Origin: Basidiobolus meristosporus CBS 931.73
Taxonomy: Eukaryota; Fungi; Basidiobolomycota
Assembly (NCBI GenBank): GCA_002104905.1
Contig: MCFE01000186.1
Span: forward strand, 1 to 64,000
Length of the DNA stretch: 64,000 bases
Reading direction: 5' to 3'
Positions 25,775 to 38,199 of this stretch are shown here, piece after piece; position 1 is the stretch's first letter, and every line of letters starts with the position of its first letter. Position numbers and translations under genes: made by a program. The notes beneath the pieces are model-generated. The model saw nothing but the letters and a program-made list of their open reading frames with translations. It did not search any database and was not told where the DNA came from.

Positions 25775-26614
25775 TCATGAACACTCCCTTTGTGGCGTTA
25801 AGAGCTGTGCAGTTTGAGCTTCGCTATGGTTGTCTTTCGTTTCTACTGCTTGTAGGTGGGGCGTTTGTGAAGATGAAGCGTTCGCGCCTAAGCGCTCGGC
25901 CATCACAACCGAGTACAAGTATATTGATCGCTCTGCTAGCAAGATCAAGCAATTCTCCACTCCCTCGAAAGTCCGTGTTGCGCATTTTGGAATTCTGACT
26001 CAACACCCTAGCCATCGCTCGTCGACGACCGTTGTGCATCTGCTTGAGTTAAGAATTCTCCTTTGTAGTATACGTACAAGTGATAATGGCCTCGATGCGC
26101 TGTTTGTCGGTAACCAGCGGTTGAAGTGCGTATACTGCGCACTGCTCAACAACGTTGACCATCGATCATCCGAAAGAGGAAAGGCTCGGCTGGGTGGAAT
26201 GTTGGTTGGGCATGGGATGCGTATTGATGAGCATACGCGCTGAATATTGAATTTCCCAGCGCGAGCCCTTTGGCACAGTGTGCGGTAGCTTATCGTAGAC
26301 GGCTTGAGCAGGCTCACCAATAAAAACAATGGCCGAATATCGAGATTTTAGGGAGCGGGAAAATAGTCACATATGGCCTGAAAATCCATTGTTCTCTTAG
26401 GGACTATTTTAAGCACTTACCTGATGGTGCTTCAGAATACATACTACAATGGAGGTGCTCGGAACAATTCCTTCTCAATTGACAGTTGGGCTAGTAATTG
26501 ACCGTGCATCTGTAAGCTGTCATAGAGCAAAGAATATAATCGGGTAGTATGCACATTCCGATGTAGGTAACGAAGTAGAATTTCCTTGATCACCTCGAGG
26601 ATTAGTTCGTCCAT
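25775..26614 (-). CDS. Possible multi-exon gene or pseudogene with an F-box-like N-terminus
   Basis: ATG at 26614 gives MDELILEVIKEILLRYL (resembles F-box L..LP.E++.EIL.YL). There is a clean GTAAGT...TTTTCAG intron near 26378-26420 and protein-like segments downstream. I could not assemble an uninterrupted reading frame. Confidence 0.28.
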
Positions 26615-26792
26615 TCTTGTGCGCTTTCAAGCTCCCATATTAAAGCGATGATCAGGCCCATCCAACCTCAGCACATTTGGCATTTCTTAGTTACCGCATT
26701 TCAAACCAGCCCTTCATCCTTCATCACTACTTTGTGGCCCCAGTGACATCCAGCCTTTGTTAGCATCTGAATACACCTATAGACATACGAAA

Positions 26793-27819
26793 ATGTTCAG
26801 ATCGGGATGGTTGTTTTTCATGTTTGGTTTAGGAACCTCCTTCATCCTCAAAGATAAAGGGGACAACATTCGTGGCGGTGTCCCAGTGGAAAGTGTCGAG
26901 TATCCTTATATGGCCCATATCTTCATACGAGACTATCCTTCCTGCGGTGGGAGTATACTGGATTCAAATTGGATCCTTACGGCTGCCCACTGCCTGGTTA
27001 GCACCGCAAAGCCAAACTCCTTTCTTTCATCTGTAGACCCGGCTGACCTAAAGGTGGTGGTAGGCAGCTCAAAGAGTGGCCTGATCAATCCAATGAACGT
27101 TCGAAGCTATGTCATAAACCCCGATTTCCGCCTGGATACGTACTCGGTAGGTAGCTTTTCTCAAACCACCGGGTGACCTGTGCTAATTGTTCCATTCAAC
27201 ATCGATACAGCATGATATCGCTTTGATCCAGCTGGACATTGACCTTACCCTCAACTCCACCGTTCAGTCCATAGTCATCGGCGAAGAGCCCATCGAGCCG
27301 CACCAAACACTAGTTGCATTGGGTTGGGGTCAAAATGAGAGCCAGGAGACCTCGAGTCAGCTGCAGGCTGTCAACCTAACCACTTCCTCCCTAGCTCCTT
27401 GTCAATCTCAAATCCCCGAATTCCAGGATCACAATGGGCAGTTTGTTTGTACCGCGTTCATCCCAGGCAAGGACACCTGCCCAGGCGATTCTGGAGGTCC
27501 ACTGGTGCGACTGGATGATGATAACATCGATAACCGTATGGATAAACTCATGGGGATCACAAGCTTTGGCGTTAACCTGGTAAGAAACCAGGAGGGCGCC
27601 AAATGTGGAGAATACGATAGCCTGGGATATTACACCAGAGTTTCCACCTATTTGAGCTTCATTGAATCAGTGACGGGAATGTCCCGGGACGAACTTATCG
27701 GCCTGGTACCAAAAGAAACGAATCTGAAGGCGTCTAGACTACAAACGTCTGGAGCCCGGAAAGCCCGCGCTATGCAGCTGCTGACGTTCGCCCTCCTTCT
27801 ACTATTGCCTTGGATTTAG
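26793..27819 (+). CDS. Secreted trypsin-like serine protease (S1A), 2 exons, with hydrophobic C-terminal tail
   Basis: Exons 26793-27146 and 27211-27819. Hydrophobic signal peptide, mature start IRGG, catalytic triad in CGGSIL...WILTAAHC (His), HDIALIQL (Asp) and DTCPGDSGGP (Ser). Asp at the S1 pocket indicates trypsin specificity. C-terminus is SGARKARAMQLLTFALLLLLPWI. Confidence 0.95.
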
Positions 27820-30020
27820 ACCTTCCGTCCATGTTTCTATTTAATTTATTCATCAATATGGTATTCATGTAAATTCGATCTATGCTATCTATGCCCTCGT
27901 TATATCAATATTTGGTAGATGGCTTGGTGTCATTCCACCTTGAGATAAAGTGATGCGAAAAGTAGTGATCGCTCTTAGGGGATTTGTTCCTTTTCTACAC
28001 CATAGCTACGGGATGCAGGTTTCACGATGCCTGTTGACATCCAATTATCCCGAATGCGTACATGGCGCCTAGTTACCATTGTCTCGTCGCATGTCACCTT
28101 GATAACCGCAGCACCTGAATTCACTGAAACACAGATGGTGTACCGCCCAGCTCCCACCTACTCGGCGCACACTTGCCAGAACGCATTTTGTTCTCTAGTC
28201 CTGTGGATCACTGCCCCTATGTATCTCGAACAATGTTTCTATCCTGAGCTACATCACTTGAGTTTCTGACACCCCAAGTGAGTCAACCATTTGGGATTGG
28301 ATGGAATTGGAGAGCATACGCATCAACGAGTGTAGCGTCCTCATCCCAAGAGCTTTCCTTTACCCCCATTATAGCCATATCGATCCAAATGTATTGAAAA
28401 GATAGGCATTGCTGATCGGGCGAATTGGGATGCCCCTTTGTGTAATAGTAATGTTTCTTTGGCCCGGAAGGATCATGCGTGACAACTTTTCAAGTCACTC
28501 ATCAGGTGAACCATGTATGTCAGTTCTAGAAGGTTGAATCGCAAATGGTGTCACGCACATGAATCACGATCATGGAGTAAGCGTGGTTGGTAGTGAATGA
28601 CAAGCACCAAAACCGAATAGTGATCTAGCAATAGGTGGCAACTGTGAGAATTACTCGTGATTGATCCAAACATTGCCTTATATCACTAGACCCCAGACTC
28701 CTGAACAATTGGCTGTCATGAGAGTTAGTCAGCTAGCTGGTAACCAGTCCGGAATACTGTATGCCAGGATGAGTTGGACTTTAACCCAGGCCTCGAGAGA
28801 TTTGTTTATGATAGGCAGCTTGGTTACAGGGAATTGACAAACCTTTTGCAATTTGGTTGCGATTGGATTCCCATGCGATTGTAGCTATTGGGACTCTGGA
28901 TATTCCTTCCATCATGCAGCTTGGCAATATGCAGCACAGATGCACACCAAAGATGTTTGGCTATCGATCTCCCTGATCCCTCACGCAGGCTCCTCATTGG
29001 CGGTGTGGAGGGATCCTGACGCATTCACAGCCTTACGCACAATCTACCCCAGTGATCGGGCAGGGCCTTACCCAGAAGAGTCAGCTGCCATACCAGTAGT
29101 CAGTGCCTTCAAGGCGGTAAACGGCTGTTGGTATCATCCCACACCGATGGCCATTCGGTAAAGTGCAGTCCCCATATAAGCGCATAAGAATGCTCCAAGT
29201 AGAATACCTGCACTTCGTATCATGGGGCGGGGCCTTGGCTAAAACACATTGGTGATTAGTGTAAAACAGTACCCTGGTGATATAATGATGCAGGTAATAT
29301 TTACCGGAAATTTGACATTACAACCGCTTGGGTTTAATGTGTGTTGCTATACAGTTGTCCGATCGTTGGCGACTGGTGAACCCCCTTTTTAATCAACAAT
29401 CAAGAGTTCGTCTGCCCTTCCAACGTAAGGGCGGTTATTCTTCACAATTCCCCTAATTCCTTCTGGTTCCAATTCATGGAGTCATTGTTAAAGTTCGGAT
29501 TTGGTTGACAATCACTTTCCCATTTCCACAAGCGCTGGATTGTATTTGTTTCACTTACAATGGGTAACGGTGGTCTACTGGTGTACCAATGACCCCAACT
29601 GTCACGCCATTGGAGAGTATAATGCTGATTGACCCCTATGGTTGGAGAAAACGAAGATTTACATTGTTGCCCTACTTTCATGTACTTCCTATTCAGTTAT
29701 ACACTCCAAGCACTCTTCTGATGATAGATGATCTAATGGATTCAGTGTGCATACACTTAGATCTGGAAAGCGAGAGGGGTTGCGGGAAATGTTCCGAATT
29801 GGTTTACACATGTGATTTACATTGATCATGACTGTCCCTTTACCACCCGCCCATCCATTGGCCAGCTAGGCCTGCCAATCATCCATACTGGGAATGGCGA
29901 CTATATATAGAGGGATGGTGAACAGGAACTCGGTAGGATATAGCACTATTCACAAACCATAAATATATATTTGGCAAATCAAGATCTTTCCTACGGCAAA
30001 GAAGTTTGTTCGCTATTACC

Positions 30021-31385
30021 ATGACTCTGACTTATTGTCACCAATGTGGAGCCTCTTCATTTCCATCTGATCACCATCCTTCTCTGTCCCCCAAAGAGTT
30101 AGAGGACCCCGCCTATTCCAATGCACGTATCGGCGAACTTGAGTTCCAAATTCAAAAGCTACAAAGCGATAACGAAAACCTGGTCTCAAATCTGCAATCT
30201 ACCACCCAACAGAAAGCCGAGCTCGAGTTCGAGCTTGCCAAAATCCAGATCGACCTGCGAACTTCGAAGGAAATATCAGAGGATTTACGTTCTACCCTGG
30301 CCAAAGTGAACTCCTCGAACCCCACGCAACTACAGTTAGACATGCAAAGCCTGGCTGAGAAGCTGATAGCTCAAACCGCTATTCGAGGGGAGATTGAACA
30401 CGCAAAGCTTCAAATAGAGACCGAATTGGAGGATCTATCTGCTAGGCTGTTCGAGGAGGCCAACAAAATGGTCATGGACGAAAAGCGGTTGCGTGTAGAT
30501 GCCGAGCGGAAGCACGCTATCGCTGAACGTCAACTCACCGAAGTCCAAGAACTTGTGAACTCCCAGAAGGAAGAGCTGGAGGATCTCAAATCGAGGCTAG
30601 AGCAAACGGCTGGGGAAAAGGATAAGGAATCAGCCGAAAGAATTAAAATGGCCAAAGAGCGTGATGAATTGGAGCTTGCCTTGATGGATGGCAGTGTCAC
30701 CGGCTCTCCCCGTTCCTCATACCGTCAAAGCAAAAATGGAAGCAACCGCCTTTCGTTGTCATCCATTCGCTCGGATTCGGCATATGATAGTTCTCATTCG
30801 GAATGCGACGATATTGGTGATTTCGAATTGACATTCCATCTAAGCGACTTCCGCTTTGACGAATTCAAGGAATTCATTGAGGCGCCAAAGAACCTTAAGA
30901 CAATGTTCGTCTCGAAATTCATGAGACGATCGATTGCAGAAGATGTTGACCCTGCTATGCGATTCGAGTCATGCAATGTACGCGGCTGGTTTCAACAACG
31001 TAAGCTCACCACCGCTACTCAGTCCGGCACGCTGATCATAGAAACTATTAGCCCAACACCGTGCGTATCCTCCGTTCACAAGAATTCGTGTAACCTTTGT
31101 CTCCATCAGATTCGAACACCGTTAGTTTATCGAATCCGGTACGACGATTTCGACTGCGAACCAAAGGAGATATGTGCATTTTGTAGGGAGCGGTTATTCT
31201 CCGTTTGCGAGTTCTACACTTTCATTAGGCTTGTTCATGGTGGAATCATCAAAGGTTCGCTACAAAGACTGTACATGGAGGTGGCTCGATTGAGATTGAA
31301 AATGTTTTTGGGAAGAATTGGGTCGAATGTCAACACTGGTGGGGTGGATGAGGTGAAGGAATACGCCACCCATCTACAAAAGTGA
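30021..31385 (+). CDS. SEC2: Rab guanine-nucleotide exchange factor Sec2/Rabin8 family
   Basis: Single exon, long coiled coil containing the Sec2p signature IETELEDLSARLFEEANKMV. The C-terminal Cys-rich Rabin8-type region reads CNLC...EICAFCRERLFSVCEFYTFIR. Confidence 0.92.
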   Translation: MTLTYCHQCGASSFPSDHHPSLSPKELEDPAYSNARIGELEFQIQKLQSDNENLVSNLQSTTQQKAELEFELAKIQIDLRTSKEISEDLRSTLAKVNSSNPTQLQLDMQSLAEKLIAQTAIRGEIEHAKLQIETELEDLSARLFEEANKMVMDEKRLRVDAERKHAIAERQLTEVQELVNSQKEELEDLKSRLEQTAGEKDKESAERIKMAKERDELELALMDGSVTGSPRSSYRQSKNGSNRLSLSSIRSDSAYDSSHSECDDIGDFELTFHLSDFRFDEFKEFIEAPKNLKTMFVSKFMRRSIAEDVDPAMRFESCNVRGWFQQRKLTTATQSGTLIIETISPTPCVSSVHKNSCNLCLHQIRTPLVYRIRYDDFDCEPKEICAFCRERLFSVCEFYTFIRLVHGGIIKGSLQRLYMEVARLRLKMFLGRIGSNVNTGGVDEVKEYATHLQK

Positions 31386-32479
31386 ACCAAAATGTTGGGT
31401 GTTACTGGATAACACTCCCACCATCGTAATTAACTTGACAGTTTCATGTACCATTAGCAATACCTGGAGGCCATACTTCATGGCCTTCTGTCAACTTCAC
31501 TGCGTGTACCACTATTTAAAACAGCCCGCAGACCCACTTTTAGCGGCAGGGGTGCTGTAAGGCCGAATCACCTTGAAGCATTTATCAGTGAACATATTTG
31601 GTGGACATTCAATGGATTTCCACTAACATCCCCTCTCATCAACAAGTATGTATTATATTCTAATTTTGTTCCATCGATCAATAAATGCCAATCCATTGAG
31701 AACCCAATCCCCAAAGCACTCCGCTCAATACATCACCCCCGTAGCATGTAGATCAAGCAGCATCGATATATGCGTTACTACACCCGCCTCATTGATAAAT
31801 CCATCAGTACAACATCCTGGTGGCAGCTTGCAACGGGGCCAGGCGGGATGATCAGTCATCGCGATCTAAATGCAAGGGTGTATTCTATGGAGCAGAGTGG
31901 TAGCCGAGCCCCACTGAGAGAAGGATGAATCACTTTTGGTACAGCGATACGTTCAAGGAACTGTCCTCCCTGGAGAAGTCATGGCAAGAACCTTCAAGAT
32001 GTGGAAGATTTTAGGTTGGTGCTGGCGCATACCATTTCTAATGGCAAATTTGAGGGACTTTGGTGGGCTTATGAGTAGATACCATTCTTGAACCAAAGCC
32101 TCTCCAACGTGGCAGTGGAATAATGCGGCCAGTCAATATTCCCGCTTCCATTTGTTTGGAATTCGTCAATGGGCCGGTGCCCCAACCACCATTACCCCAG
32201 CACATTGGCAGCCAGTATGTGGGGTCGGGTTCCTTTCCTCATACTCCAGCCAATTGTTTTCAAGGGGTATATTGGGTCTATCTCTGATGGCAATATCCCC
32301 ATTCCATAGTCCGCCAGGTCATCTGTGATTGGTAACTCTTAAAATCACCCAACAATGACCAAGGTATTGTGACAACAACTCTGGAAGGACCTAAGCTTGG
32401 TGTACTTCAACCAACCATCCACTCCTACAGAAATTGGTCAAAGTAACTCACCTCAACTATCCCCTTGTTGCTTTTGATT

Positions 32480-33345
32480 GGTTTTCAGCTGTTTCTCTCA
32501 CTTCTGGATCCAAGATATACAATTTTCCACTACATTTGTAGACATTGATTGTTTATCACCTCTTTGCACACTCCCAATTACTGACTCTACCAGCAAATAC
32601 AAATACACCTTGGATCTTGCAAAAAACCTGGCCAAAATGTTGCATCTTGGCAGTCCCTAAGCTGCTTTGGATTGGTTCTCAGCCATTTCTGTCACCTTCT
32701 GATCCCAGACACTCAACTACCTACTATGTTTGTGTACACTGATTGGCTATTGCCACACTCCTTACTTAACAACTTCACAGGTGCTCTTACTCTTCATGTG
32801 TACCAATTGGTTTATTTCAGCTAAATCCTCAGATGTAACTCAATCCTATATTGTACTGACATTGGAGGCAGTAGTAGACAAATAGCCTTTCTCTGCAAGC
32901 TCATCTATCTCACTGGAGTGTAGCTCAACTCACTGTACTTATTACTCTTCAGAAAACAGCTATTTTCTTGTTTGTAAGCCTTCTTGGCTATTATGGGACT
33001 CAGCCTATTCTGGGCTCATGGCATTAATTGGTGACAACTGCGGCTTTTGTCTCATGCTTCCATGCCTTTGGCTTGGGTAGACTTTTTTCTCTTTACTTTT
33101 ACCTTATTCACTGCCAAGTCTTTAACTACTACTTTGCCTGAGTCCTTCCTGCAATAGGCTACAATTTCTCATTAAGAACTGCTGCACCAATGCATCTGAT
33201 TCTGCCTGATTGTCCCTTACTAGCACTTTCCTGGCTACCTGATGTCTCTTTGCTGCTTGTTTAGAGCCTTCAGCCCTGCTTGTGACAAGCTCTTGAGGAA
33301 GCTGCTAGTTTTTAGCCCTGTAACCCTTGTTCTTCTGCCTTTGAC
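32480..33345 (-). repeat. Unclassified repeat family X, inverted copy
   Basis: The reverse complement aligns by eye with 39780-39831 plus 44513-45560. Shared blocks include GTCTACCCAAGCC, GTTGAGCTACACTCCAG-n-AGATAGATGAG and GCAATAGCCAA-n-CAGTG-n-ACACAAA. Confidence 0.7.
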
Positions 33346-33799
33346 AGTATGAAATCAGGGTAACTAAGAGACACCACATATGGTATTGAAATGGTAGGGA
33401 TAATAATGCAGACATAGGTAATGTGCCACAGGTACTGATGCCGGTACTTGCCTAATATAGATATATCTAGTGATCACAAAGCTGAATAATAATTGTAATA
33501 ATTAAAGCTACCCTACAAAAAATAATTTGGTGCTGTGGGTGGATCCAATCCAGATCAGCCATCAGGATCCCATTTGGAGACCATCATAGTACCAGCAGCT
33601 TGTATTAGTGACCCTTTTAACAATCTTATGATGGGATCACAATGTTGTCTAGCTAATTTTACTGCAAAATAAAGTTATAAAACTTGATGAGGTTTAATTA
33701 GTACTCTGGCAATAATTGCATGGCATTGTTGCAGTCTTAATGGACTCTACAACTATTTTAAAATGATCTAGCTGGCTAGTACATCCAATTGCCTTTTAT

Positions 33800-36700
33800 G
33801 GCAAAAAAAGTGATGGTGTTTTGACAGCCTCATTGCAAGTCTCTGATGCCATTATTACAGCAGTATGGTGGCCTACAGCTAGTTCTGTATAGTGCTATTG
33901 TACCTATTTACCAAAAGGTATTTCCTTTTTCTACCTCCCCTTGTGCATCTCAAATATTCCACAGTAGATTCAACCCTCTTTATTTGCTTACCCACTACTA
34001 CCTTGGGTATTCCACATGTAGTTTAAATCAAAAAAAACTATGGCCTCCTGCTTACTAACCTCTACAAGCATGCACACCTGCCACAATTGACATACTTCTA
34101 TTACCTCAACTTTACAGCATTTTAGTGTGATACTTGCAAAGTTGCTATGTACCATGTACTGCTGGTAACATATACATCTTGCAATATATGCATGGTTGCC
34201 ATCACTTCTGCAATGAGTACTTCTTGAACATCCACAAAGAACTTTTTGGTATTTAGGCAATATATTCCTTCTCCCTGCTGTATTCTTGTCTAACTTATAG
34301 GTGCGCTCTGGCTCTTGTTTGTGTGAAATCCATATTGCATGGTGTAGAAGTTGGCTTGTGACCAAGAGAAACCTGGCATATTTTGGTAGAGCTTTCCTAA
34401 TAAAAATCAGCTGCTTATAGTACCCAACCTAACTTTGCATTACTTAACTAACTACCCACATATTGAGGTTGCTTAGCTTCTTAAATCCATAGGCATAGGT
34501 GTCTCCATGCTCACATCTGTCCCCAGCATTATCTAACTCTTCCTGGCTGTCCTCCATGTACCAACTCATCACATCCATGATGGACTTGAAGGTAATATTC
34601 TTGATGAGATTGGGATATGGTAGTACCTGCAACTTTACTTGTCTTCCTATCTCCCTACACATCTGCTCCATAGAAAACTCCCAAAAGGTGCAGCAAGGCC
34701 TACTATTCTCCATACACCAAGCAAAATGGAGTAGAGAATGGAAACAGTAGCAGCAGTAGAGATCTACACATTCAGCCTTATGTTTGTAGTATAGCCACTC
34801 AAATCCTGTTAGAAACTCTTTGTACAACCACTGTAGATGTGACAAGGTGGCATAGGTGATCTGCTTCTGGATAGGTATTCCTATGGTGTCCACATGTGAC
34901 TCCCAATGCTCCAATGCACTCATGGTACAAATGACTTCAGAGCACCACTAGAATAAATACACATCCTGTTCATTCAGTCTTGGCATTTGTATTGTCACAT
35001 ATGTATATAAATATTGATTGGAGTCTGTGAGAAATACTTGGGGTAGCATATACTCTGTAATATCTTGCCAATTTTTTCAAATTTCTCCGGTATCTCAAAG
35101 TGCTCATTTAGCTTAAAGTGCCACATGGACAACTTGGTTGTCAGTATAGAGATATTGTTAAAAAGCAAATGCATTGCACTCAGTGGAAAGCTTTTGCTCC
35201 AAGAGATACCCTCTATCTTAAGTATCTCTGATTTCCAATTGATTCCATATTCTGGCCAACAACATGTAGCTTGCCAACTTTGCTGCAATTACATGCAGAC
35301 TTCTGTACATTCTCTCTGTGGGAAGATAATGTTCTTAGTGTCAGTGCTTGGGTAATAATAATGTGTATAAGTTAAGGAGTATATCCCCTGGATCTGAGAC
35401 ATTCAAAAGCAATACCATCCATTATGCCCAGAAAAGCCAGCTATCTTGCTGATGGCTGGGGTATCTACAATGCATATGATAATATGCCCTTCAATATGAT
35501 GGCCATTTACTGTTATCCCACTGGTAAGCATACAAAATTCATCCAGCAAGGGATACAGGAAGCTATCCAGGTGAATGGTGACTTTTGCCCAGATACCAGT
35601 GAGACTACCATCAGATTTTTGCTCTGATACTGTGAGATAAGCAGCAGATTCAGGTTGATGATGTTGTAAAAACTATAATATATATACTATAAGCCAGATA
35701 GAGCAAATCCAGTTCTATTAGCTCTATATGTGGATGATCTTATTATAGCCACCAATAACCTAGAAACATTGGAAGAGACTAATCCAGCCTATCTAAGGAG
35801 TTCAAGATGTCCAATCTAGAAGAACTCAGTTACTACATAGGGATTAAGTTTTCCATAGACAGAAGTACCCAGACTATCACCCTAAGCCACTCCAAGTATA
35901 TTCAAGATATACTAAAGAAGTACCAAATGGAAGACTGTAAACCGGCAGCTACCCCAATGGAGACAAACCTTAACTTGGTCAAAACTCAACCAAATCAAGA
36001 GAGCTTGGTGCCATCTGAAAGCCCTGACTTTCCTTATCAATCTATAGTCGGCAGTCTGATGTATATCATGCTTGGAACACGTCCAGATATCTCATATTCA
36101 GTGGGAGTTGTCAGCCAACATAATCAGAACTATGGATCTGATCATATTGCAGAAGTTAAGCGGATTTTTAGATACCTAAAAGGAACTGCTGATATCTGCT
36201 TAAGATACACTTATAAGGATTCAGAACAGGATCTTGTGGGATACTCTGATGCTGATTGGGGACGAAATTTGGAAGACAGAAGATCCACCACAGGATACAC
36301 CTTTCTTTACAGTGTAGGAGCAATTTCATGGAATTCAAGAAAGCAACCAACCGTAGCACTTTCTACAACAGAGGCAGAGTACATGGAAGCCTGTGAAGCT
36401 ACAAAAGAAGCAATGTGCCTAAGAAAGCTTCTTACAGATTTAGGCCTATGTTAAAAAATGCCTATTACTTTATTTCAAGGTAATCAAGGATGTATACAAT
36501 TGGTAGAAATCCAACTTTTTATGCTAGAACCAAGCACATCAATATTAGACATCATTTCATACGTGAAGCTATAGGGAATAACTTAGTCAGCTTAGTTTAC
36601 TGTCCTACAGATGAAATGATTGCAGACATATTTACCAAACCATTTGCTAGAGACAAGTTTGATATCTTAGGTAAAAGTTAGGACTAGTCAGTATGAATAT

Positions 36701-38130
36701 TTAGCTGAGTGGGAGTGTTGTAAAAATTTGTAATTCCACCTAAATACTCACCTAACTTAGTCACTTAGATCATTACCCTCAAATCCTAGAGAATACTGAA
36801 CAAATTCCTTGTTGGGATTTACTTAGAATATTTTCACCAAAATACCAGGTACCCAGAACATGAAAATTCTCAAAGTTGTCCAAACAGCCCCAAACTTTGC
36901 ACACATGTTTTTGGGACCTTCCTTAACCTATTCTATGTGTTTGTAATGCCAAGACCATGTAAAAGTATAAATACTACTTTTGCATTCAATAAATCATTAA
37001 GTGAAAACCACATAATCTACTTGTTCTCCAAATCACTTCCAATACCTCCAAGACTCTTACAACAGATGAGAATTAGTGGCCAGCAGGATTTGCTGGTAGA
37101 GTACTTGTTTAATGAGAATCCATCAAGTGCTAAGGCAAAAGCATGGTCATACATACCTTCAAAGTAGCCCTTGCTTCTTAGATGTTTGTAATGTTTGCCA
37201 TCAAATTTATTGGATGTGCTTGCACATGGTTGATACTGAGTGTGGTACTGTATAGCTTTGCAATATATGTTGGACTGAATGAGCTTCTTTAGATGGTGTA
37301 TTACCAGAATATTTCTGGTGTGTGAACCATGCTTTTCCTCAATGGTAGTGGATTCCTGACAATTTGGACTTAATGTAATGGTGGCATTTTTAAATGTGAA
37401 TGCCATGCAACTGTTGACACATGCTGGAATCAGGACTGTCTTTAGGTCATATGTTGCCAGCTGCACAATGGTTGTCCACTTGTACCATGTACATGGTAAT
37501 TTGCATCCTGGAATGATTATTACAAGAAGTAGTAATAAATCCTTAAAGCCCCCATTACTGATATTAGTGGAAACACACCACTTTTCTAGCCACAACATTA
37601 CATCATTCACCAGTAGATGCATTACTGGGCTCACTTGGCTCCATAAAGTATCTTTGGCCTTTGTTTCAACAGGTGTTGTCTCATTGCATGTTGGGATTTA
37701 ACTGGGCTCAGGTGTGGTACTGTTGTTAGGGGAGATAGGCTCACAATCCATCAGTGAGCCTTCTTAGTCATTTCTATCACTCTGCATGCCATATTCAGAA
37801 AGCTGAGCTGAGCCTAAAGGTGTCACAAACTCACCTGACTCAGTTTGCACAAGGTGACAACAACAGCCAGGTTCTGACATAAAGGTATCAACTGGCTGGC
37901 AAGATAATGTTGGTACAGTAGTGACTGATGAAAGCTCAAGTATTACTTGTGTGGCAGAACACTGGCTGTGATCCTTATAATACTCCCTATGCTGACTGTG
38001 TGCTTCATAGCTGAGAGGCTTATTACAATAGCCACATGGCCTATTATCTCTTCTCTCAAGGAAATGAATTAAATTAGTCTTGTCCATTGGGCAAACAGTT
38101 TGATCTTCAACAATGTAATGCTAATATATC
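33800..38130 (-). mobile_element. Degenerate CACTA/EnSpm-like (Transposase_21-type) DNA transposon, split by Copia copy 3
   Basis: Minus-strand frames give, in order: C-x2-C N-terminus, CVNSCMAF, FALALDGF...SCWPLILI | NLNL, DSFLYPLLDEF...DTPAISKIAGFSGHNGWYC, SKSFPLSAMHLLFNN, and FEWLYY...HSLLHF...FWEFSMEQMC. These are characteristic of fungal CACTA-like transposases. Terminal inverted repeats were not located. Confidence 0.85.
35662..37064 (+). mobile_element. Ty1/Copia copy 3, internally deleted (1.4 kb): 11 bp of 5' LTR + RT/RNase H 3' part + PPT + 3' LTR
   Basis: TSD GATGA at 35657-35661 and 37065-37069. TGTTGTAAAAA (LTR start) is fused directly to RT sequence. PPT GCTGAGTGGGAG; 3' LTR 36716-37064. 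Confidence 0.95.
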
Positions 38131-38199
38131 ACTTGTTATATTCATGTGAGCTTAAGAGAGTCATGTATATGAGACATTGCACCTACACAAATGTAAGAT

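Noticed and set aside
31950-32300. Possible RNase H/integrase shadow on the minus strand
   Set aside because: Only two weak motif resemblances; not enough to call.
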